A stretch of 64,000 nt of DNA from Antedon mediterranea (Eukaryota; Animalia; Echinodermata). A program made the position numbers and the translations under genes. The notes under the pieces are model-generated. The model searched no databases. It had not been told where the DNA came from and saw only the letters and a program-made list of their open reading frames with translations. Of this stretch, positions 22,701-34,700 are shown piece by piece (positions within the stretch are counted from its first letter, which is position 1; each line of letters starts with the position of its first letter). The stretch covers positions 33,468,388 to 33,532,387 of the forward strand of contig NC_092670.1 in the NCBI RefSeq assembly GCF_964355755.1. Direction: 5' to 3'.

Positions 22701-25700
22701 GATTAATAGGGAGTTTTCGCAACCTTACGAATACGATAACGAAAACGGATACATCACACATTTGTGAAACTTTTGAGCTGATCCCCATTTCATATTCGTA
22801 AGGCGTATTCGTGTTGACGAATATCACCATCACCACCATATTCGTAACTACAAAACGAGTATAGTTTTTGATCTATTTTGCACATTTTGCATTTGAATCA
22901 GGAAGGATTCATGATTATAAAATAATTATACTTTTATTGAAAGTAATTTACTAAAGTAATTTACTAAAATGCCAGGTCAATTTTGATAAATAGCAGTTTT
23001 TAAAGTCCTCATTCGCTTTGATGTTATGCTAGGCCTAGGCAGCCAAGCACCAAGCAACACGTACCTGCGATTCGCTCAAATTTACCGCAGTCATATTTTG
23101 GACGGTGCCCTCAATATTTCATTGCCATACGAAACAGATTTTTACTGGCTTACAAAAAAGGAATATGTGTGTGTGACGTATCCGTTTTCGTTATCGTATT
23201 CGTAAGATTGCGAAAACTCCCTAATGAAATAGTAAAAAACGCCACTTTCTTATAAATGAATGAAATTTATTGAAAAATGTTTTTGTGATTTGGCTCTGGT
23301 TGCCTCTTTAATGTCTTAAGCTCTGTCTATACTATCAAACTTTATGTGAAAATGCCATATGCCCATATATGGACATGATGATTTCATATCACTACCATAT
23401 TTGGGCATATATAGTGTAGACAGAGCTTTAAACCTCAGCAAACAATACCTTTGAATTCTACCACCTGATTTTTTTTGCATAAAAGAGCAGATCTGAGATG
23501 CCTCCTCAAATCTCTGCAGATCATCATCTTCACTTGAACTTCTTACAATGATCTTACTTCAATTTTGTTTTTATGATTGTAGGAGGAAGAGAGACGACTA
23601 CGAGATGAACATATTTTATACCAGCAGCAGGAAGCTTCCGTCGCTAAGAAACGTCAGGAGGAGATTTTATTACGAGAAGAGCACGCTAAGAAACATGTCA
23701 TGACTGTTATGAAAGACCGAAGAAAGGAATTAGCCCGGAGAGAGGTCAGTAGAAAATTGTTATAATATTTATTCAATATTCATAAACTACCAATGTCAAT
23801 ACATTTGTCTTTCTATGAGATGTTAGAAATGTTTTTTCATCTACAGATTATTCTTTGAAAGTTGTTTGTAGCTTTTCTAGAGGAGCTTATTGTAATTTAA
23901 GTTTGGAACAAATGTGCATTGCGTACAAACATTTCTCTTATGCTTGACTGATCTCTCATTCTGCCATTTGTCAACTATAGGAACTTGGGCTTCAGAAAGA
24001 AAGACTTCAACATGACCAGTTACATAAAACCTTCAAGAAGGCAGAAAGCCAACTGCAGAGGTCTCTAGCTATACGTAAAGGAGAAGTCAAGGTATTGATT
24101 TGAAATCTACCTCTTATTTAACACAATTACTATACCGTAGTGATTGCGTACTAAAAGGTTAAGGGTATATAACCCTGCATTTAACTTTTCCTTGGGTCCG
24201 AATAAACCGTTTGTTTAAAAACAAATTTAAAATATAATTTATGCTTAATTTTTGCTCCTAAATAACCATTTAAATCAGTTAGTCATTCATTAACCAAAAT
24301 GCAATGGGCTCTGGCAGTCAATTAAATGTTACTGCAGTGTAGTTACTCAAGGTCAGAAACTATCAATCAAATAACTTATTTGCATTGCAGCTAAAAGTTG
24401 CACAGCATAACCTATTAAATGGTGTTCTAAACACCGATTCGATTAGGTGTTTGAACCGGTTACTGAAAATGTGTCTTGTTTCTGCTGCCAATTTATTCAC
24501 ACAATTAATAACCAGTTATTTTTTCGCTGCAGTGACAGGACCCTAAACACAGAAAGAATTTCTTTAAAATAGCCGACTTGATGTTGACAATTCATTCTCT
24601 TTGTAAACTGTATATCTATAGATTATATTATTGTATAATAGAGATTGCCATTTTTAAACATTAAAGCCTGTTTTCCTGTCGACGTTAGTCGACGCTATCG
24701 TTAACAATAATCGGCGATCTTCTACGTAAACATTGAAATGTTAACGATTTACAGGAAAAGGTACTCGCTATCCTTATCATTTCAACTTGATTGTTTTCAA
24801 ACGATCGTCGTTGAACTGTTAACGATCAACGACGATAGCGTCGAATAACGTCGACTGAAAAACATGCTTAAAGACCAATTTACACGAGTGGTAACGGTAA
24901 GCGGAAAATCGCATAGCTTGTCCCACATAGAATTTGTATCGATCCTGAGTGGAAACTGTCCATTCCACGTTGTGTAAATGATCATAAGGAATAAGATAGA
25001 TTCTATATTTTTATTACTGTTACCACTTGTCTGTGTAAATTGGCCTTTATAGTCCATGAGGCAAAACTCTCCCTTAGCAAAAATGGTCCACAGGCCTGTC
25101 AGCCCATAAAACACACAATTGTAATTTGATTATATTAACTGCCCATCAAATACAACCCAAGGGTACTATTAGGTCATTTACAACAAGGTCACCTGGACAG
25201 CTCATGAAAATTCCTACATGGTTTTCAGCAATTTCTGTAGTGGCCTCCCATGTGTGTCAAGATAAACAATCAGAACTGGTAAATTGTTTAAAACAGACCA
25301 AGATTTATTACCCGGATTTTTTCAAAAACCCGGGTGAAATGGACTGATTCTGCTAAGGGAGAGAAATGCCTAATGCTATTTTTTAAAAGCTTTTTCATGC
25401 CCCCACACTTCAAATGATAAGTTAGTCAACAATAATTTGCTTTGCATCAATCAACAAAAAGGTTATTTTAAAATTAACAATTTATTTTTATCACTAGACA
25501 ATGTATGGTGATCTGATGATATCAGACGGTCAGTATGGCGGGTCAAAGGGTCGCAGATGGAAAGTTGACTGGACAAAGACTCCACAACCAGTGCAGGTTA
25601 AACTCAAGTGCCTCCGGGGAGTCAAAGACAAGCTTCCAGGTATGCAGTTGTTTTTATGTGGCCAGACAACGTCTCATTGCATGTTTAGACAAACACGTTA

Positions 25701-28700
25701 ATATGATTTATTTTTTACATTTGATAATCACCATTAATAACAATTAACATAACTTTTAAAATTGTTAATGGAACATAAAGAAACTATTTTAAGGTAAATG
25801 ATTCAAGATTATTTATATTATTTTTATAGTGAATAAACATTAGTATTGTATTTAGGTTTTCCAAGAAGAAAATAAACTAGACATGAAACTCGTCACTTTG
25901 ACGAGTTAGTTATCCGCACAACGACAAACGCCACGTGCACGTCATACGTTGGAATATTGCACACAGATAAAGATTATGGCATTATGACAACAATTGAAGA
26001 ATATGATATGCTGTTAGTGCTGAATTCTGTCAATTTTGTGTCATATAGTATATACATGCAAACAGTATAATCTGTATACATATTACATACAGTGTAGGAT
26101 AGGTGATATTACGGGACCCGCCATTTATTCCAATTTTTAACATGGCGACGGTATCAAAATGAAACACTTAAATATCAATTTCAGAAGGAAATTATCTCAG
26201 GAACAACATATTAACGTGTAGAAGAAATTTGAATACGTAAAATATAGATGCGCACCCTTTTAAATGTGATGAACTATTACGCAAAATATGAAAATACGCC
26301 TTTTTTTATTCAACTGGCCATATGATGACGTCACAACATCCGATTGGCAAAATGTTTACATGAATTCGTATCTACAATCCAATAGCTTCCAGAAAACGTT
26401 TTAGACGTGATTATCACATTTTCTTCTTACGAGCTATTACAGATTAAAATTTACTGTAAAGATGAAATTAATGACCCACGTAATTAAAATTTTTAGGCAT
26501 GATGACGTTATAAAAATTAAAATATTTTTATCTCATGCTAAAGAAAGTTGATTGACCTAGACAATATATAAATATAGGAGAAAAAGGAATACAGATAAGC
26601 GTGATGCGCTCCATTGAATGTGATGAGCAATAACGAAAGAGACAAAAATCCTATATTTTACATTCGTGTGGCCATACGATTACGTCACAATGTTTTTTTA
26701 GCCTTATCGATGCATGATCCGATATCTACAACTCATCAGCTTCTAGATTTTGTAATAAAAATAAACGGTTCACGGTTTACTTTAGAAACTATGACTGTTT
26801 AAAAAAAGACATTATTTTGATGATTTTTTAAGCTTTTTCATAAAAAACGCGCAGAAATTGTCTAATTCAACGTGTTCGTATGGCGTTATTTAAACTGGAA
26901 AAGGTCTAAATTGTTTTCAAAATTACTAGGAAAGGCTTGAAAAATATAATTCAAGAGAAAAAAATATGTTTTTAACGCTACGTGCGCACCGCGCGCGTAA
27001 AAAATTGCGCGCCCGTGGGAATTTTTGACATGCTCAAAATGACATGAAATGCGTAAAAAGTTGATTAGAAATTAATTTTGCGCATTTTGAAATTTTAAAT
27101 GCGCGTGCGCACGTAACTTCTTGTGAAACATGCCATTTTTAATCCGTAGAAAGTTTGCCCCTGATAATGACTTAAATTTTGTCCAAGTGTCAATACTAAA
27201 TGACTTTTGGTTTTTAATCTATGTTCAATCATTGAAATTCATTCATAAAAGTCACGTTGCGCAACTATGACGTCATTCAAAAATAGGAGGTGCACAACTT
27301 CACGTAAATGCCCATATGCTGTCAAAAGTTATGAAATATTATGTTTACACATTTTAGAAAAACGCGACTCACAAAAAGGAAGGATGGAAAGAAGCATAAT
27401 ACAGAAAAATTAGATTTGAACTCGTCACTTTGACGAGTTCGGGTTATCCGCGCAAACGCAACATGCACATACTTACTATATGAACCTCGACAATTATTAT
27501 GCCATCCTATGACATGAAATAAATATGTTTACAGTGCTGAGTTGTACCTATTATGTAGCATACACCATATTACAGTATTTTACAGAATAAACTGTATATG
27601 TTATACAGTGTAGCATAGACACAATTACGAGACCCATCTTTTAAATCCAATTATTAACACGATGACATCATCAAATTGACATATAAAGATAACAATTTTA
27701 GAAGATAATTATCTAAATAATTACATTAAAACAAATTTGAAGAATTTTGGGAAAGTAAAAGTGAGATGCGCTCTCGTTTAAACGCAATGAACTTTTACGC
27801 AAGAGATGAAAATATGACTTTTTGAATTCAACTTGCCATATGATGACGTCACAACATCTGATTGGCAAAATATTCACATCAATTCGTATCTACAATCCAA
27901 TAGCTTCCAGAAAACGTTTTAATCATGATTATCACTTTTTAATCTGACGAGCTATAACAGATTGAAATTTACTGTAAAGATGAAAATAAGTGACCCAAGT
28001 TATTTACGTTTTTAGACATGATGACGTCATAAAAATTAAAATATTTTTAATTCATGCGAAAGATAGTTGATTGACGTAGACAATATTACAATTTCGGGGA
28101 AAATGGAATACGTATAAGCGAGATGCGCTTCGTTGAATGTGATGAGCAATAACGAAAGGGGTAAAAAATCCTATATTTTACATTCGTGTGGCCATACGAT
28201 GACGTCATAACATCTGAGTGGTAAAGGTTCTGCATGAATTCATATCTACAACATATCTGCTTACATATTAAATTTTAAAAATTGGGGGTCGTGGATGATC
28301 CTGAGGAGCTATAATAGATTAAAAAAAGGCTTAATTTTGACAATATGTTGTCACTTTTGCAACTAAAACGCGCGCAAATGGTGTAAATCAACGTGTTCGT
28401 ATGACGTCATTTTAATTTGAAATGATGTAAATCTTTTTTTAAATGACTAAGAAAGGCTGTAAAATCATAATTCAAGAAAAAAACACATGATTTTCATGCT
28501 CCGTGCGCACCTTACGCGTAAATTGTTTCGCGCGCGTGGGAATTTTTGACATGCTCAAAATGTCATGATCAGCATAGAAAGTTGATTGGAAATTAATTTT
28601 GCGCATTTTTTAATTTTAAATGCGCATGCGCGCGTAACTTCTTGTGAAACATGTCATTTTTAAACCATAGAAAGTTTGCCCTTGATATGACTTAAATTTT

Positions 28701-31700
28701 CACTAAGTGTCAAAACAAAATGACTTTTGGTTTATAATCTATGATCAATCATTGAAATTCATAAAATCGTGCGTAACTTACGCTGCGCGACTCTAACGTC
28801 ATATAACGAAGTTTCTTGCACATCTACAGCTACAGGTCAATCTTTTGACAAAGTTATACAAAGTTATGTTCACAAGCAATATGGGATATGCGACGCACAA
28901 AAATCCGGGAAAGAAAGAAGAATAACAAAGAAGAAGATGATGAAAAAAAAGATATTTACAATCACAAGGGTTATCCCCAACTTAAAGTTGCGGATAACCA
29001 AAAATATTGATCTCATACAATAACAAGGAGTTATCCGCTCTACCAAGCGGATAACTAAAAAAAAGTTTTGTTTTAAAGTTGTTAGGCTACAACCATTTGT
29101 AATGAGTTTTTATGAAATCTTTTCAGTTTTTACACTATTAGATATTATTTTTTTCGTTTTTAGGTGGTCGATATGTTCTTATGACTTCTATGTACAACAG
29201 ACTGGGAGGACACGTCCAGCGATGGTCAAACCTACGAGGTCAGGAATGGGGTGGTGCTACACTGCCCCTACATCATGGCGGACACTTTTCTGATGTAGAA
29301 ATGACGGTACATTTTAACATTCCTCCTTTTCTCTTATATCATGATTTTACTGTTGTGTGTCGGTGAACAATTATACTATATATTTTTTGCTTACAACAAT
29401 AATATTATCTATCCGATATCTTGTCATTTATATTCTTCTAAGTGCAAAGCTAATGCTGAGCACAAATGATAAATTGGCCAGTTTGTACATTAAACAAATA
29501 CAAAGTCGGGTATCTGCATTATATTACATGACATGTCAATTTATTAATGATTTTAAATTCTTCCCCTGTTCTCTGAATTGACTAATTTTTATTTATTTTT
29601 CCTTAAAGATGTATTGTCCCTTGAAACACAAAAAATGAAAAAAAAAAATTCTAAATTTAAATTGGCCATATCAAAGTAATATTAAAGCTATTCACTTTAA
29701 GTCGAAAATTCGAGCCAAAAACAACAGTTTACGTAATTAACAGGTAAATTAATTAGATTACATTTCGTCTGAGAAATCGTCGCAAGCGAAAGTAAACAAA
29801 GATTTCAAACCATGAGTATGCATTATGCATGATGCTAATTAGGATTGTTTACAACTCATCACGGTTGAGAAGGTGTTTTCACACAGATCGCGAGGAAGTT
29901 TTATGATTATGCATACAGAGTAGCCAAACAAGCGCATTGCATTATGGGATATGTTTTGATTGAAAACTTTGACTGGAAGTCAAAGTTATTTTTTGAACAA
30001 AAAAACATCTGTATTTCGGTTAAATTATATTTTTTTTGACTAATTTTTGGTGAAAGTTAATAACTATTATGATACTTCAAAATGACCCACTTTTTTTCGA
30101 AATAAAAAAAAAAAAAATTGTTGGAATTAGTCAAAGGGACAATACAGCTTTAACATCTGTTTATTATTATTTATTTATTATTTATTTATTTATTTATTGA
30201 TTGCTATTAGAGCCTTAAACATAATGTAGACACTTTTTTGTAATGTTATTGTTTTTGAGGTCGTGTTGTGTCCGTTGGATATTGTGCTCCGCCAACAGAG
30301 CAAACAGAATTTCTATGTTTTTTCTTAAAGACCCCTTCCCTGCAATTTTGGACGTTTTTTGGAAAATAATACATATATATCACTTTAAAAACATTAAACC
30401 ATGTCATTCCTTGTCTTAAATGTACGTTTTATGGTAAATTATGATAAAAAGTGAGAAACAATGCACTACCTAAGTACCTCGCGGCGATCGACCTCTCGTG
30501 GACGGTCTTAGGCCTAGCCTGGCTAGGCTTGGTTTTGTAGGCCTAGCTGGTAAACATCGGTAACGTGCGAACATCGTACGCTAGCTATATACCTAGCCTG
30601 ACGTTGTATAGTTGCTGCATTAATTGTCTTTCTATTTTTGCCAGACTCCGTTGATACAAATTGGGGAAAACCCGGTATTTTCGCTGAAAAGTTAGGAGTC
30701 TTCCATTTGTTTTGGCCTCACGATCGATCGAAAAGTGGGCGAATTACAGGTGAAAAACAAAAATATCAATCCGCGCGCAATGCATTTTGGGATTTATAGC
30801 GGGCCGCTATAATTATTAAAATCGACTTATTTTTCACATTTTTAACCGTTTAAAGACGAAAAAAGTTATCGCAATAGGACCATATAGTATTATTTTTACA
30901 TTAAATATAGTTTGTGATCTTAAATTACATCTAAAAAACGTAGGGAATGGGGCTTTAAAACAAATGATAATAAATGATACTTGACTTGACTTATTTAGAT
31001 TGATCAAAGTGTATTCACCGTGTGCCCATCAAAACCAGATATCCGTCCAGGAATGGTGTTTATGTTTGAACTGTTTCTCCTGAGGGGATCTCTCCTGCCT
31101 GTTGACAAAGTAGTTGCTTGGGGTGTCTTCCCTATTTGTGATGCTCAGTTCAACATTGTGGAAGGAAGGTAAGGTTCTGATTAGAGAAATATTTTTGTGA
31201 AATCAAATTTAAAAGTTTATATTTATACTGTTATAATTAAAATAAAGAACTTGCATAATCTGTAATTGTGTGTGCTAATATATACTGTACTAGCATTCTC
31301 ATTCAATGGACATGCACTATAGTATCTGATTAGTAAATTCATGTTGACCTTTCTACGATCTGATTGTGAAATTGGTCTCGCAAATAATTGCTGCTTTTAT
31401 TTTGCCAAATAGTTAAAGGAAAATTTAATGGGGCTCCATCTTAAAAAGGCATAGGTTTTTAGCACACATACATGTCATTTAGGAGGGGATAACATAACTA
31501 TTGTAATATAGTTGAGTTGTAATCATGTAATATGCAAATTGCATAAACAAATTTAAATATTTAATATTTCATCTGGATTTCAGGTACAAAGCTCCAATGT
31601 TGCGTGGTGAGATGGACACACAGGTTGAACGTCATGAAACCATTGAGAAGCTGGTTGCATCAGATCTTGACCATTGGCTTTGTAATATCTACTTTGATAT

Positions 31701-34700
31701 TGTCAAGCTACCAAGGTATATACAGTTTAAATCTACATTATACAAAGCAAATTTGTTGAGATTATTTTACATATTTAAAATAGATGATCTATAATGTCAT
31801 ATTATTCAATGTACATTTAAATGCAAATTATGTCTAGCTGCTACAAGAACTATTTATAATAGCAAAAAATAAAAGTCTGTTTTTCAAAGCCTACTATTAT
31901 TCCTTTCCATGCTTCAATTAAAACGGAGGAGTAGCTTGACCTTGTTTTGGCTGATATTTGACGTATATGTAAAAAGGTCACTCTGGGCAACTATGTATTA
32001 GGAGGAAGTATCTGGTTGTTGAGTGTTGTTTTACGCTACTTTGATTAGTGTAGTGGAAAAGCTAACATGTACTTTTTCTTGCTTATTATTCAGATATCTA
32101 GCAGGGCAGAAAGAGTACGAGATTGAGCTTCAGTTTACTTCTGAGATGCTAGCTCACCCTGACCGTGTGAAGACAGCAGAGGAAGCAGTGGATGGCGAGG
32201 AACCTATATCAGGATCTGCAGTAGAGATGGCATCAGAAGCAGGTAAGAATGCGCATGATTGATATATTTCTTTAAATATTTTTTTCATTTCAGTTTTTTG
32301 CTTTTTTACCATAGATGCATTTTTTGCAGGCTTTTATTTATTTCTTTATTTATTTTATTCACACCATCCAAAAAAAAGCAACCCACCAATTCATGGTTTC
32401 TAAATCAAGTCTCTCATGAGGCTTGGGTAGTGGCACTCTATTGTCTGATGTGATTTTTCACTTTTAATTAGGTAGTGCAAACTTAAAGGATTCAACTGCT
32501 GACAGTGTAGAGCTAGCCACAGAGGCTGCTGAAGATTTGCCCAGCACCAGCTCAACAGCTTCGCCTAAAGCTAAACATGAGTTAAGCTCCAGTATTGAGA
32601 CAATGAGCTTCAAGGACTCCAGTGACTCAATTGACAAATCTGGAAAGGTATGGACCAATTGTCAATACACCTGTTTATTTTTATTCTTTAAGGTTCTACA
32701 GTAACCAGATATCTTTAGTAATTGTTTTCTCTCGGTCATCTCATCAATGCCTTTTGGGCTGTAGTCAAAAATTTCTATTTTTCCACAATATCTGGTTTTT
32801 CTGATTTTAATTGCAATAGTATTAATGGAATCTTTTGAAGAAAATGTTTTTAGGTAGTCCGGTTTGACTGAGTTTATGGTATACAACTCAGTTGACACTA
32901 TATGTGTATATAAAAGTGGAATCTGTATTTATTCTCTTTGCTCATTTAGTTTGATGACGATACCGCAAGTCTTCGGTACCGTGGAATGAAGAGAGATGCC
33001 CCTCCCACAACTGTGATAGGTTCCCGAAAGTTAATGGACAAAATGGGCAAGCAATATTCTAGTGACTCTGAATCAGATGATGATGATGTGGTAAAGAAAC
33101 GAATTGATGGCTTTACACAAGTTAGAGGTGAACCAGGACTGTATTACAAGGTAGGATGTGTACAATATTTTTACCAAAATTTACTATTTTTAATAGATCT
33201 GTGTGTCAATCAATATCAATCTAATCCACTGGACTTTCTTGTTTAGTAAACATCAACATTTCATGACCTATCCAGTGGATTAGATTGATATCTTTCTAGA
33301 CCTAATACTACCTGGATGAATAAGAATATTCATATCCAGTAACACACTTTTCTTTCCATTCAATTAGAAACACTCACATCCACCTGCTACAGAGTACATG
33401 AACAAACTGTATACAATGCTACCAAAGACCGCCCTCTTGAATCCGGCAAAACGCAAGAAGAAACTGACATACCTGGAACAACTTGAAACTCACTCATTTG
33501 GTGTTCAGTAAGAACATTTATTTTTTTTTAATATTTCAACAATAAACCAACTTCTATTTCTTGTATTTGTATTCCCTTTTAGCCTTTTTTTTGCTAATAA
33601 ACAAATTGTAATTTTTTTTTATCAACAGACGACCCTTTTCAACAAAAGGTCACATCCACCACAAGAGCCAAGAGAAGGTTCAGTATGTGTTCCGTCAGTT
33701 GCTCTCAGAGCTTGGTCTGTCACAGTGGCGGTCCCGAGACTTCTGGGTTCTTCTGCTCATGTTCTGTCTCATATACTTTCTCAGAGTGTACCTGCATTAT
33801 ATTGGGCAGTTTGCGTTCCTGCATATCATTAACATACCTATTAACAGGTTAGTGAAATAAATTATATTATTTTTATAATATCTTGTTTACCAAGTTCTAT
33901 CAAAGCCACATTCAAGACTAAATTAAAAACTATATTCCTGACTTTATTCTTATATCAAAATCAATACAATGCAATACTAAAACACTTACCATATGAATTT
34001 TTTTATGGCTGATGTTTGTTTATTTTTTTTAATCTGGCAACCATGATTAATAAGAATAAGATATCAGTTTTTACACAAGAAAAGATCATCTTAAGATAAG
34101 AAAGAAGAAAGGAAAATGAATTGGAATCAAATTGAATGCATATCTGGTTCAGGGCTTTTTGCTTTTCAATCAATTTCCAAGAATCCTAAGTACAAATAGA
34201 ACGCAATTCAAGGTCTGGAAAAAATGTATGATAACATGATGTTGTTTCCACTAGGTTTGACTATGTTGCCTACACCATCTACCTTAACTATCAGAGCAGC
34301 CTTCTCTACACGCAGGAAGAGATAGCGGTTGTTCTCATAGGACCTTTCACCAACATCCTAGCGTTTGTTTTACTGCTCCTCTTTTGTTGGGGGTTCCAGA
34401 AGATTTTAGGCACATTTCCTGGACTGTTTTCTAAGTTTGTGCTAGTCTTTGGAATCCAGGCTGCAATTTTGGATGTCGTTTTTATTGCCATAGTCGATGC
34501 TGCTCTTCAGGTAAATTGATTTAACAGATGACTTTAAGATAAGGTGAATTGAATAGATGACAGGCCTGGCAATTGGTACTTGATAATGATATGGACATTT
34601 GCACAACTCCTTTATGGGTCAAACATACAAGACTTTATAAATCTCATCGAAGACGTTAAAATTATGGGAGAAAAAACCTCTGCCTGATAGGTGTAATAAA

